NCBI GenBank assembly: GCA_030324005.1
Contig: JARDVH010000132.1
Coordinates: forward strand, 36,260,682 to 36,324,681
DNA length: 64,000 bases
DNA from: Negaprion brevirostris
Taxonomy: Eukaryota
Direction of reading: 5' to 3'
Below are positions 27,926 to 41,084 of this stretch, piece after piece. The notes under the pieces were generated by a model. The model was not told the DNA's origin. It saw nothing but the letters and a program-made list of their open reading frames with translations, and ran no database searches. Both the position numbers and the translations under genes were made by a program. Within the stretch, counting starts at the first letter, position 1, and each line of letters begins with the position of its first letter.

Positions 27926-30900
27926 TTAAGTTCACTGGTTTGGCTTAATGTAATTGGTCCATGTTACAAGTCGGATACAATCATTAAGCGAGGAAAAAAA
28001 ACGTATAATGCAAAATGGCAAGATACAAAATTGGATACATTATTTTCTAAAGCTACAATGATCAAATTATAATATACGAACCAATTTCTAGATAAAATGT
28101 TCGCAATACACCGGGTAATCAACGTTTTGACGTTTCTCTTTCTTGAGTTGACTTAATCTCAATTGGCAAGGTTGTAAAACAAAGTAGTTTTGTAAAAACA
28201 ATTGATAACCCCAAAGCTAAGAATCGTTTTTACTGAAGTACTGACAAGCTGACATTACCGGAGCTTCCCATGAGTTGTAAAATCCATATTGCATGTGCCA
28301 GATCACACCCAATGAAAGCAAAGCCATTGAAACACACACTCAATCATTTTCGTAATCAGACGGATTTTAAGATGATCTTATACACACCACCTTTCCCCTG
28401 ACCTTCACGGTGAGAATGACAAAAAAAACCACAGACCACAAACATGCAGGTTTATGACAATGAATTTTGAACACCGCTCCTGGTCGTTTTGTTGGCTTTG
28501 TTTCCTTCATGTTTTAAGCATAACAAAAACCGCCTTTTCTACACTTTACTCTCGGATACAAACCGGCTGCACCAAAACACATTTCTTTCCGCGAAACCCA
28601 CATGCCTTTGGGCTCATATTTGTGCCGTTTGACGGCACGTCGGAATCGATGAAAATTTGCGGAAAAAAAAGGACAAAGCGACTATCTATTTAGCAGAACA
28701 CTGTTGTATTACAAGAGTAATCGCATCTGGATTTGCAATCACACGTTTTATGCTTGACATGAAACCGACGATTCTTTAGCCCCGCGTAAAGCGAAACAGG
28801 AAGAATTGTGTTCTACAAAGCCATTTCCGGCAATTACATGTTCGTTGGAAATATTTTAATGAACATCGGGGTGCTGCATTAGTAATACGATGCAGATCCC
28901 AAAGCTTGAGCCGTTACAAATTTAAATAAATAAAATAATGTTCGTGTCCTACACGAGGACCGTTCTTAATGATCGAAAAGGCAAATTGACGTCTGCTGGT
29001 GCCCATACTCGGCAATTCTTACAGTTACTATAGCAACTTGGGTTACACTTGGCATTTCGCCAGAGGACCGAAAATAGAGCGAGCTTCTGCGGGAAGACCC
29101 ACGGCGCTCATGTGGAAATATCGCAAATGTATAAACCTTCAATCTGCAATCACGACCGGAGGAAGATCGGAGTAATCTAAACATGCAAATCTCACCGCCA
29201 TTTCAAATGAGCCCTAACTCAGCGCACATCATCGTTTTTTTGGCTCTCCTTGAGATAGACTCCACGTCGACACTAGCTGTAAGTAGTGGCTTTTGTGATC
29301 ACACGATTTTCTTCTGCAAACGCCTGTCTCCTTCTCGGGGCGATTAAGAGGTGGCTGCGGCTCCAAAGCAGAGGATCACTTTGATAGTGCACGCCTATTG
29401 ATTAATAATTAATTAATAAGTAATCAGGAAACAGGAATTAATAAAGATTCAATGTTTCAGTCAACTTTTGTGGTTTGTGGTCCATTTAACACGTGAAAAA
29501 GAAAAGAGTTTGTTGTACTCGAGAAACCAGCAAGAAAACTGACAACATGCAAATAACTGTGTGACGCACANNNNNNNNNNNNNNNNNNNNNNNNNNNNNN
29601 NNNNNNNNNNNNNNNNNNNNNNNNNNNNNNNNNNNNNNCTGCTACTCGCACTTATTTACAATACCTACACCGGTTTGCTTGCCATCAAAACAAAGGTATT
29701 TATTAAGGTTCGTGTACATTTGCTTTAAAGAAAGCATTTTTTACCCACAGCGCCGACGCGCGACGTTCCGAAGTAATCAAACTACATCAGGTCATAAGCA
29801 ATCAACATTTCTGTAGTTTCTTATATTTCAGTTGGCGTTAAGACACACACAAACGACATGTAGATCTCAATGAAGTTTCAGCCTTCACTCTTTCAGCAGT
29901 CTGACACAACCAACAGAACTCAACCGAAGTTCCCCGTTTGTTTACCCGATCTACACGGTTTGTCCTGCCTCCCCCCCCAACTCCATGCCCAGAAACTCAC
30001 AAACCCACCCCCGCCCCCTCTTTTCTCATTGAGTTGGAAGTCGCAGAGATCGCGACACGTTCAGCAATTTGGAGTTCGCACGCCAGCTTTTAGGCGGCTC
30101 TCGTTACCGAGTACCCTGGACCCATTCCGCGGGGGAAAAAAAAGAGAAAAAAAATTTAAAAACAAACCACGTGTTCCCAAACGCTCCGCTCTCCCCGTCA
30201 GGCCCTTCTGATCAGAGTGAGATTAACAAAACGGATGAGGATTTACTGATCAATAGATTAAAACACTCCATCTGTGAAACCTTCATGACCGGGAGACAAC
30301 TCGACCTTGGTACACACAACCATGTAAACACACGTGTTTTATTTCACAGACCCATGGGCTTCCGTTTATGCTGGGTAATTCATGTCAGCTGTGGAACTTC
30401 ATGTCTCCTTGAGTATTTTTTAAAGCCCGATGCGGGATGAACAATTAATCTTCATAACATCGTACTCAACCGTCCCAAAGCAACAAAGAAATAAGGAAGG
30501 ATGAAGTACAACAAAACAACGTAGACCATTTGACACATGGGTCTTTAAGATATTGTACAAGAGGAACCACACCTGAAAAATGCATAAAATATTCTAGGAC
30601 AGCCAGTAGCAATTCTGAGAAAAGCATGGTCTACTATAATATTTCAACTGTGGTGTTCAGCATGTATAATTGCAAAATAACCATAGCCAGAGCCAGTCCA
30701 AACATCGCCACTACGATATAAACACACACACACATATAAACAAGATTTCTGAAAGCTACATTAAAGCTATACAACAGCTCAGAACATAAATATTAGCTTA
30801 TTAACTAAAACTAACACATAGCATGACTGAAATCAAATACATGGGTAAAAAGGAGCGGGGTGGGGAGGGTGCAAATTGGATTGTTTTATTTCCTTTTCAA

Positions 30901-32117
30901 TGGCCATTCTGATTTTGGAATAATCAAACTATTAGACGAGAAACAAGGTTATTCGGCTGCGTATCATCCTTAGCTGCTCTCAGAACTTCTCAGTCATTTC
31001 GCTTAAGTACATCAGAGACCATTCTGTAACATTAAAACCCTGTATGACCGAAAGGACACGTTTACAAACACGGATTGTGTGCATGTGTTCTCACACAATC
31101 TCAGTTGTCCCTGTCAAGTTGCTGCTCGCTTGGATTAAGCCGAAAAGGTTTTGCGACCAAGACCATCTTGGCCCCTTGCAGTCGGCATCCTCGCAATCAA
31201 AACATCATTAGATTATATTGCAGCTCTCCGTCCCCAACCTAACACCACCAAACCGCCCCCCCCACCCCACCCCACCCCCTGCCCCACTACTACCGCCATC
31301 ATCACTATCAACAAGACAACACAGGACTGGGATAGCAAACGACGCCAACACGTTCTCGGAATCCATTCTAATAAATCTAACTGGGCAAAAAGGCGAAAAC
31401 AAAACACTTGCTCACTCCCACTCATTCAGCAAACCTCGTGCTCTGCCGGGAAAAATCACTGGTGTCAATCTGATACAGTCCTGGTTACCACTCACAAGAG
31501 ACAAAAAAAAGAGAAAACGTCCACAAACAGGCAGGGAAAAAAAATGTTTCAACATATTAATAGTTGATTATAACAAAGCTTTACAGGCTTCCTGGTTGTT
31601 TATTTACTTCTTGACACCACAAGTACTGTACAAGGATCCGAGGGGCACCGCCACCGACCGCCATGTTTACCGTCAAAACCCAAAGAAGTACTCCTGAGAA
31701 GTTAAGTTCAGAAAAGACCCCAGAGTCGACTTTTCACCCAAACAGCCAAACAAGCACATACCTCACCCTGTACGGATCCTAAGTCTATAAAATCGTTCCA
31801 CTGGGTTCCCCGTTTGATGTCAAAATACACATTTGTACATGAGCTGACTAATAACACTTCGGCGAAACAGCAGCAAATTTCCACCCTGGTCAACTTTCAA
31901 AGAAATATAAATAAAAATCCGCGACACTTCGAACCCCCCAACTTGCAATGATCGAAAGCACAAATATCATTCCCTCGATACAAACGAGCAGAAAGGTCGC
32001 AGACTCAAACGCGGCGGAGAATCGAACATTTTTTTTGCAAATGAAGTGCGTAAACGAAACTGAGTGGAAATAAGGACGGGCGATAAAGCCGCTGAGTTGC
32101 TGTCAGCCTTAAGAGCG

Positions 32118-32172
32118 AGGAGAGAGAGCGAGAGAGGAGAGAGAGAGAGAGAGAGAAAAGAGAGAGAGAGAG
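32118..32172. repeat. (GA)n/(CT)n microsatellite at the start of BMI1 intron 1
   Basis: An imperfect AG run is directly visible. A second run lies at about 32427-32466. Confidence 0.9.
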
Positions 32173-32230
32173 GCAGCACCGGGTGCATTTCAAACAGAGA
32201 AATCGGCCTCAAGTGGCGGCCACAATGTAC

Positions 32231-32480
32231 CTGGGAGATCTTTCCCAGACAGCGCAGCCTTGGTGAGACCATGCCCGGGGCACGGCGACTCCCAGCTCCA
32301 AGCCTGCACCCCGCGGAAAACAATGAAAGTTGTAGATCAGGGGGAAAAAATGAATCGCAGCCAAGCGGCCATCTTGCATGAGCTGCAGACGCTGTCAATT
32401 GCAATCGCAGAGGCTGCAGCTTCGAAAGAGAGAGAGAGAGAGAGAGGAGGGAGAGAGAGGAGAGAAAATAACATTCGTTA
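32231..32480 (-). other. BMI1: BMI1 5' leader (first) exon; TSS approximate
   Basis: The minus-strand ATTGACAGCGTCTGCAGCTC...CAAGATGGCCGCTTGGCT..ATTCATTTT...AACTTTCATTGT.TTTCCGC closely resembles the human BMI1 5'UTR as remembered. The donor CCCAG|GTACAT is at 32231/32230, within a CpG island. Confidence 0.8.
32337..32372 (-). CDS. Upstream ORF in the BMI1 leader, 11 aa, MAAWLRFIFSP
   Basis: AAG-ATG-G (strong Kozak): ATG GCC GCT TGG CTG CGA TTC ATT TTT TCC CCC TGA. Translation has not been demonstrated. Confidence 0.55.
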   Translation of the reverse strand: MAAWLRFIFSP

Positions 32481-32800
32481 AACACTAGCCCCCTCCTTCA
32501 ACCCTCACACCGACCCCTGGCAGGAGCCGATCAGCGCCCATGCAATATTTGTTCAGCCCGTTCTACCTGGTGGCGAGGCGGCCGGGCTATTCCCCGCTTG
32601 TAGAAGTTGGGAGGGAAAAAAAAACCCACCCCCGGAGCCCCAGTGATGGGTGCCGTGAAACTGACACCGTCCCCAAAATGGCTCGAGTTCGACCGCCCCG
32701 CTCCGTCACGTGGTCTCATTCCTTAAGGGTGGCCTGGGAATTAGAGTCGGTGTAATCAGAGACGATTCCACCCCCCATCCCCTTCCCCTCCTCCTNNNNN
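32481..32800 (-). promoter_or_regulatory. BMI1 CpG-island promoter with E-box
   Basis: CpG-rich sequence upstream of the leader exon, with CACGTG at 32707-32712 and GC-box-like ccgcccc nearby. A MYC E-box is an established feature of the mammalian BMI1 promoter. Confidence 0.7.
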
Positions 32801-34063
32801 NNNNNNNNNNNNNNNNNNNNNNNNNNNNNNNNNNNNNNNNNNNNNNNNNNNNNNNNNNNNNNNNNNNNNNNNNNNNNNNNNNNNNNNNCCTCTTCAAAAA
32901 AAACACCAAATAATGCACCCCTTACCAGCATAACTCGCACATCAGCTCCACCAATATCAAACCCTTTAAAAAAGAAATCTATACATGTCGCCGGGTAAAA
33001 TAAGAGTCTCGTGGTTACAATACAACAACAAAAAAGAGAATGTTATATAATAAAATATGACTGCAAACTTTTATTTCAGGCTCTTGTTCCACATTCGAGA
33101 ATACGTCTCAGCCAAGATTTCAGATGAAAGCTTCCCTTTATTAGGAATCTGCACGCTCGCATTTATAAAGTGCCAACAGGATATTATCATTACGATTAGA
33201 TTGCTGAATGATGATGTATAAAATCTTCATGTTGTAGCGACTAGGGATTGGCGGTGGGGCGACCCCCTCTTTTGATCCAATTTTTCATTTGAAATATGTG
33301 TTGTTACTGTTCACAGCCTCACGATTCCTCCCCAGCACAGATGAACTATAGTCACTGGAACGTGGACAAGTTCCCACAACTAGTTCACTTCACACATCCC
33401 GACTCTCCGTACTGATATGCCGTACAACCTCCGGGAAAGACGACTTCTTTGTATTTTTGTTTAAATTGGAAAGCAGAAACAAATACAAACGCGCGTTTCG
33501 AACGAGGGCAGAGCTCCGAAGTTGGACGTAGCAGCATTAGTTGGATACAAATGAACGGACTGACAGACATTTTGGGAAATATGGGTGTATGAAAAGTTTA
33601 AGAAAATATTCCGGGGGGNNNNNNNNNNNNNNNNNNNNNNNNNNNNNNNNNCGAGATCTGATTTAAAATTGACGTTTCCCCAAATTCCAACGAGTCTTGT
33701 AATGTTAGCAAGAAGAGGACAATAGCCGCCGAACGACTTCCAAGATGTGAATTTTATATATATATATATAAAATCACATCATTACCCATCATTAAAGAAT
33801 TGCAGCCAGTTCACAAGCTTCCCCCTTCACCCCAAACTGGCACCTGGAGACGTCAAGAATAGTAAGAGATCCCTTCAAAAACGTTGCTTTCATTCGAGGG
33901 GGGTTGGAATCAATTCGAATAGGTTTAGATCTTTGAAAGCGACTTAAAGTATCAATATTTTGACTTCTGGCAAAATATATTACGTACCCAACAAATTTGA
34001 AACAAACGTGGAATCATATCAAACAAAGTGCGAAATAAGAGCTCAGACTTTAGGAAGCATGTC

Positions 34064-34069
34064 TTTATT
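34064..34069 (-). terminator. COMMD3 polyadenylation signal AATAAA
   Basis: tttatt on the plus strand, about 240 nt past the COMMD3 stop. A second hexamer lies at 33070-33075. Confidence 0.7.
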
Positions 34070-34309
34070 GTGGAAAAATCGTATATACACAGTCAAACGC
34101 GACACATGATACAGCAAAATTCTCCCTTCACACCAGTATTTTTTTCAAGTATAGGGTGGAATACGTTCACTAAATGTAAAGTTTGAACTATTTATGGATT
34201 CTCTGTTGTTCGTCTTTTGCATAGAATGTGGAAGCACGCAGGTTCTGGAGAATTCCTTCTATACCACCCACAGCCTCGAGTTCAATCGCGGTTCCCACAG
34301 CTTCATCAA

Positions 34310-37300
34310 TTACATCTGACTCGCCTTCTCCATGCTTTTAGCTGCATCCTTCAACTTCCCCAAAAGATCCTGCAATGAGAAAGCAGATTTTTATAATTAC
34401 ATACACACGGGAGTCAGAAATGTATACTACCGTCCAGGAAAAAAATCATTTTAAATCTTTTCCCAAGATTACAAACCCGAGTAACTTTATGTAAAATATT
34501 TGCGAATCATACAGTAGTTCTCTCTCCTCTTTCCCTCCCCCCACCCAACCATCGTTAAAAATAGAAACAATTCATAGTCAAATCATCAACACCTTGATGC
34601 ATACACACTCAAACAAGTAACACGGCCAAGCTTTAGAAATTCACAAATGAAGTTTAAAATCTTTGTGGCTTGAAATAAAACGCTATTTTGCTAATATTTT
34701 CACTGAGCAATTCCAAGTCGCAAATTCGCGTTAGTTTGTAAAGTTCGAAGTAGAGATAGCTTTTTGTAAAATATGCCAATTGGAAAGCTGCCGAGCATAA
34801 TGTCTCCAAGTGTCTTGTAAATTGCTGAACTTTCTAAAATAAAAAATGTGCCAAATGGCATTAGTAATAACACTGAACCTTGTAAAGGCAAATGGTCATT
34901 TACATTAAAAAGTTTGAGAATAAGCCAGGAGGTGGCTTCACATTAGGCAGTCAGTAACATGCCCCCTAAAATTGGAATTAAAACAATGTTATATACAAAT
35001 TTATTAGAATTGATACACGCATTAGACGCTATTTAAATTTAACACTTCAAAAATGTAAAATGAGAGTGCAATGAAATGAGGTTTTTCTCTATCAAAATAA
35101 GTGGCGTAAATTCAGTGAAGGGTTAATCTTTCCATGGGCAGAGACACAGAAAATAATGAAACCCGGGTTTTTCCTCTTCCAATGGACAGCCGGCAACTAT
35201 TTGTAAGAGTCACTGCACAGGAATGAATGAAAAAGAAATCTTAATAGTGGCTCCTGAAATCAACGTGGTTGAAATTACAAACTAGAGTTTGTGTCTTTAT
35301 AAATCATACCCTCAAATAGAAACCGACTTTTAGCTAACATGTAGTTTGCCTGTAGGTGATTCCAGAATGTACTTGTTTTCAAACAATTTGTGTTCTTGTT
35401 ATGTTCCAAAAGAAAAGAGAGAATCATTGACGCAATGGCATCAATCCCAACTAGCCATATGTAAAGTCTACCATTTTACAATCGAGCCTAAAGTGCAAAC
35501 AGTAAAATAACCTCAATCTTCACCATTTCGGAGGGAAAGCGTCAATATTTTGTAAGGGAGATTAAGTTTTGCTGGTCTACCTGCAATTGCTCCATTGTAC
35601 AACTGAAAGTAACATCATGAGCTGGCCGGGACTCGCCATTCTGTAACGAAGTTAAAACAATATTAAACCGCGTTAAATAAGCAATTCAAACTCAAAACGT
35701 AACATCTGCTTGTTTTAATCCTTACCTCGACATTCAAGGTGAGTAAATATGCTGGTTGATTGACTTTGTGAAGATGGTTATTCTGGAATACAGATACAAA
35801 AAAAGTGCATTTAGCTCGGATATTTGTGACACCCAAATAATTTGAAGAAAGTGACTGGGTATTGTATGAAAATGTTTACCCTAATGTGATACTCCAGGCG
35901 CCAAGAAGCATCAACGATATGAGAAGGAAATCTTCCTAAACTGCAAGATTTTAACAGGAATAAAAATTAACGCATCTCAATCACACAATTCCTTTCATTA
36001 CATTTTCTGAACTAGTCAGAACCCACCCCCCTCCAAATTTGTATTAACAGTTTTGGTCAAACTATATTTTTAAACTCAATTAGAACAAGTTGTCGTTTTG
36101 TTGGAGATAGTTGTCAAAACGAAGGTGATTTTAAAAGAAAATCCATTTTAATGGCAATGGTGAACTGATCTTTAGGAGCAGAATTCACTATATGTTTATC
36201 CCTAAATTTGTAAACACGAGTTTCAGAAAACTTCACCCTCAAGTAAATGTATGGCTAATATTAACTAAATGTGTGAACAAGAACATGTTAATTAGCCAGG
36301 CTGCAAGTGCTGATGTTAAAATAATTAGATAGTTATAAAATTGAAGAAAAAGGAGGGGCAGAAATCAAACTAAGTTCAGTTTTCGTCATACACCTCGGCA
36401 GTATGAACTTTAGGGAGGCAGTCCACAATGGATTGGACTGGCGTTAAAATAATTAACTATTACCTTGCATTTATGATTGAGGCAGCCTGTGCAGTTTGAA
36501 CTGAACAACATCGTATGGTCAATTGAACAAAACATCTAAAATAGTTTTAGTATTTCAGTTATTTTAAACCCTTGCCGAGAAACATTTCCTAGGTAGAAAA
36601 TGGAGTGCCTTTATGATAAAAAAATTTATAACCCAAGTTGTTCCAGTGAAACAAGTTATAGATACCGCACCGAAGATGGAACACCGTTCCAACCCCCATC
36701 TCTACACAGGCACAGACAAACTAATATGCAATTAGTACTCACCTGCCTAGTAAGGTATCCACTTTATCTTTGTTCTTCTAAATATAATATCAAAAGAAAA
36801 CATAGGAACTTAGCCACCTTATCAAAGCTACAATAAAAGGTTAGCTTCGGTTACTACATTTTCAGTAATGATATGCAATGTAGATACTTGCTTTATTTCA
36901 CTTGTAATTCCATGTGAATTTATCAGAGCACGTTTATACAAGATCGTAAGGCCTTATTTTAAAAAGTTATCTATATTGTCAGCTGTAGGTTAGAAATTTA
37001 GTTGGTTTTAATGAAAAAAGTGAACCATTTGCCCGACTCGATTTTCTTTGTGGCAAAACTGCAGCACTCCCAATAACTTTACAAATACAGTATGGTATGT
37101 GAGGGACAGCAAACCTGGTATGCTGCGCAAAATATGTCTATTCTTTCTCCTCCAAATCTACAGTCTTCAAGTAACGTGCTGGAATTGAAGAACATAAGTC
37201 ACAAAATGCCTCCATATCCGAAAACAATGTTAAACGGAATACACAATATTCAGTAATCTTGGACAGGTAACCTTATAGTCGATTTGTCGGCGTTTTGTTT

Positions 37301-38151
37301 TGCTGCCTCCAACACGCAGGTGGCGATGGCTACATGGCATTGTTTCAGCAAAGTCAAGTCCAAATTTCTCAGCTCCGTATGGTCTGCACACAATGGTAGA
37401 TAGTGATTTCAATACCATTTCCACACAAAACGTTCCACTTATTAGAGGCCTTCGTCTAGTCCAAGGCTTACGTGACATTAATAAAGAGGTTATTTTGTCT
37501 GCTACTTCAAAAACCAAAAAAAGACCGTTAGTTCGAAGAAAAATCAAGTCCAACAGTTTATTCTGCTTTTGCAGAACTATTTTGATACATTCTGCCTTCA
37601 CTGATAAACACTACACAAGTCACTTGAGACAGTATTGTGTCCGCTTTTACTTACGCAGAACATATTGGGACCTTAAATATTTATTAGCAACTCGTAAAAC
37701 AGAATACACTTTCAGTTGGCTACCCTGATGCATTAGGCCCCAGGATATTCGTCCACAACAATGAACAATATACAGGCTCAGTGTGCATTTCGCGCCATCA
37801 AGTCGACAGCTCGAGAACAAGGAATCGGCCAACAGAAACGCATTTAGCAAATAACACCCTGTCCCAAATGTTATTTATAACTGGATTCGGGAGCATTGCG
37901 ACGCAGAGCTGTTTGCAAAAGGAACAAACCGAGCGTAACCTTCCTGTATTCAATCAGTATAAAGAAGCAGCAGCAGCCGCCCTCCACAAATAGCTCGAAA
38001 ATACGCGCTCACCAAATACTGCTCCGTCTGTTTGTGGGTTTATGAGGCTCTCGAAAGCCGCTTCCACTAAAATGTGGAATGTTTTGTTGGAGAAGTGGCT
38101 GGGATCGGCCAGCAATTGCAACCCTTTCAGTGTGTACTCTGGCAGCTCCAT
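34310..38151 (-). CDS. COMMD3: COMM domain-containing protein 3, 195 aa. Coding exons: 38013-38151, 37272-37383, 37115-37178, 36743-36777, 35880-35940, 35726-35782, 35581-35640, 34310-34369.
   Basis: The spliced translation reads MELPEYTLKGLQLLADPSHF...LKQCHVAIATCVLEAAKQNADKSTISTLLEDCRF...HIVDASWRLEYHIRNNHLHKVNQPAYLLTLNVE...VTFSCTMEQLQDLLGKLKDAAKSMEKASQM-stop, with the COMM-domain WR motif. Exon sizes 139, 112, 64, 35, 61, 57, 60 and 60 sum to 588 nt, and all introns are GT-AG. Confidence 0.98.
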
Positions 38152-38300
38152 TGTGCTGGACTGACCTTCGACACACAGCCACGTGATCCAGCTCAGCTGA
38201 TCCACGCGGATGTGACAGTGTTAGCAATGAACAGCAGCAGCCAGAATATCAACACACTCTGCCCCAGCAAGCTGCTCCCCACCAAACTCAGCCCACTTAG
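38152..38300 (-). promoter_or_regulatory. COMMD3 promoter/5' leader with E-box
   Basis: CACGTG at 38180-38185, about 30 nt upstream of the ATG, in a locally GC-rich patch. Confidence 0.55.
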
Positions 38301-40051
38301 TAGCCATTCCTACCGAAATATTACCATAATTAGTGTGCAAAGTGCGAATGCGTAATCATTTGTGCAATAATGTGAACATGCTCTTGCAAGCTATTTCCGC
38401 ACAGCGTTGCACACATTAAAACCAGCACATCGTTACTGTCTCCTCGCACAGGACATTTAAACCACTGTTTAAAATGCAAAGATGCAACAAAAAGATAAAA
38501 TGCCAATGTTACTGTCAATTCAAACATCAAAGCAGATCTTCAACGAGTTTAGAATTTACATATTTCTAGATATAAATGGGACAATAATTGTAAATATAAT
38601 CGTGTCTTTTACTACAGCTATAGAGAGCACGCTGGAATAAGTGATTATGCCCGGCTAAACAGTTATCACATTGAAATGAACCGCCCTATCCCGCCTTACA
38701 GAACCTTTGTCTGTCCCGGAACTCAAGTAATTATTTTTCAGGTGCTTTGGTACAATAAATACTTCTAGCAACACACCAAATAACAGCTAGCTTAAGTATC
38801 AGAACTAAACCGAGAGAAGTGGGTTAGGCCAATCGTTTATTAATGCTAATTTTGTTTTTGTTCAGTGTGGTTTTTCCATTTGTAGGGGTCCCATGGAGTC
38901 CACATTTACTTTGTGGCTCTCATCAGCTGCAGGATAAGCACAGCCAGAGCATGATCACCACTGTTTAAAACACATGTTTGATGACATTGATTAAGGACAG
39001 CTGTGATGTTCTTAAAGTTATCATTTAGCGTTTCATGTTCAAGCTCAACGCGAGTGGTATTATCTGGGAAATGGTTCCCAATTCCGTGAAGGATTACTTT
39101 CATGATGAGAGGAAAGTGGTACGTAAGTTTATTGTCACAATTATGTCCCAGAATTGTGTACAGCAGGGTTGTAATTTTCTGTTGAATGATTTACTAGAAA
39201 ACAATAGAGAAGATACATCTATCCCACTGATTTGGGTGAATTTAAACCCAGTTTAGACGCAAAAGAAAATGGTCTTTACAACGTATTATGCCATTTAGAT
39301 CTCCATGAATTATTTTGTGCTTGTAATTAGTTCAAAACTGTTTGACAATCAAAATTTGAAAACAGCTTTATAAAGCTTTGAGACTACTAATGTGTGCTGA
39401 TTTTGATTATGTAAAATCAGTTTGTATTTGTTTTATCTTTTATACNNNNNNNNNNNNNNNNNNNNNNNNNNNNNNNNNNNNNNNNNNNNNNNNNNNNNNN
39501 NNNNNNNNNNNNNNNNNNNNNNNNNNNNNNNNNNNNNNNNNNNNNNNNNNNNNNNNNNNNNNNNNNNNNNNNNNNNNNNNNNNNNNNNNNNNNNNNNNNN
39601 NNTAACTTGACAGTACAATGCTGATAGACCACAAGGACAGCAGGTTGGAAGAGAAAATAGTTTCCTACGTTACAATTATTTGTTGAGTCGCAAGGTGGCA
39701 ATTTGTTGAAACAAAGAGGGGGAGCTTATTTACACCAAATGAAACAATGCAATGTTGCGTGCATCAAAATGGAAATGTGAGTGTAATCGTGTACCTGCTA
39801 CATATTGATGGTGATTGGCATAAACCAGGCCTTCATTCATGTGTACTCAACACATGCATAGATTTTCACTCAACAGCATCTGACCACATATGGAATTTGC
39901 ATTCATACAGGAAAAACTGATAGTGTTACTCAATTCTTTATTATTGAAAAGTTACAGTTTAAAATGTTACTTTTGCATTAACTTCAGCTATGCTTCAGCA
40001 GATGTGCAGTGCTGACTGTTTTCAGTGTAAAGGATTGTACATAGATGCCAA

Positions 40052-40625
40052 ACATACGGTATAAAGAACAGTACAGGAACAGGCTCTTCAACCCTCCAAG
40101 CCTGCACTGATCATGATGCCTGCCTAAACCAAAATTGTATGCGCTTATGGAGTCTGTATCCTTCCATTCCCATCTTATTCAAATATTTATCTAGATGTCC
40201 TTTAAATGCCACTACCGTTTATGCTCCCACTACCGCTCCAGGCAGACATTCACCACCCTCTGTGTTTAAAAAAATTTGCCTCACACATCTCTGCTAAACT
40301 TTCACTTCCCTACCTTAAACCAATATCCCTTTTGTACTTGACTTTTCTATCCTAGGAAAGAGCATCTGACTGTCCACTCTGTCTATGCCACTCATAATCT
40401 CATTAACCTCTATAGGTCACCCACCAACCTCCATCGTTCCAGTGAGAATAAATCCAACCTCTCCTCAAAGATAATACCCTCCAGACCAGGCAACACCCTG
40501 GTAAATCTCTCTGTAGCCTCTCCAAAGCATCCACGTTCTTCTGCAAGTGTGGCGACCAGAATTGTACACAATATTTCTCTGAGGCCTAACTAAGGTTCTG
40601 TACAGCTGCAGCATGATCTGCAATT
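40052..40625 (-). mobile_element. CR1 LINE 3' fragment
   Basis: The reverse strand shows C-terminal ORF2 remnants (LYRTLVRP...YCVQFWSP-like) and the typical tail aagaacagtacaggaacaggctcttc. Confidence 0.75.
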
Positions 40626-41084
40626 TTTTTTATAATTAAATCTTGGTCCTGCATTAGGCCTGTGCTTGGCTTGAGCTAAAAGTACTATAGTAGGGTGACA
40701 AAACAGAATTGCATAACTTTCCAATCCCCAATAGACCACAGTTCACCAAAAATAATAGAAAAATAAATAGGATTACACAGTATAGAATTACATGTGAATC
40801 AGTAAGACTGATGTAAATTTGCATCTGAGATGTAAAAAGATTAGGCTTTGGAAAATAATTTACAAGAGATACAAACTGTTCTTCATGCATATATAATCTG
40901 AAAAACAAACTCTGATGTACCTTCTTTACTAATATATGTACCCAACTCTTGTATATGTATGGTAATCCTATTGCAAATAACTTTATAACCACTGTTTGAC
41001 ATTCCCAGATAATATTAAATGTTAAATGCTCCCATAGAGCAAATGAACAACAGAATTAGCAGTAAGTCAAAAGTAGACATGAGG

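Noticed and set aside
31967-32485. Long ORFs on both strands over the BMI1 first exon (Leu/Ser and Arg/Glu runs)
   Set aside because: They are produced by GA/CT microsatellites and the CpG island.
37230-37728. 123-aa and 142-aa ORFs overlapping COMMD3 exon 2
   Set aside because: They are off-frame or antisense shadows with no recognisable homology.
37954-38205. ORF-track N-terminal extension of COMMD3 (MDQLSWITW...)
   Set aside because: It starts at GTG. Homology begins at the ATG at 38151, and the C-terminal part of the ORF is intron read-through.
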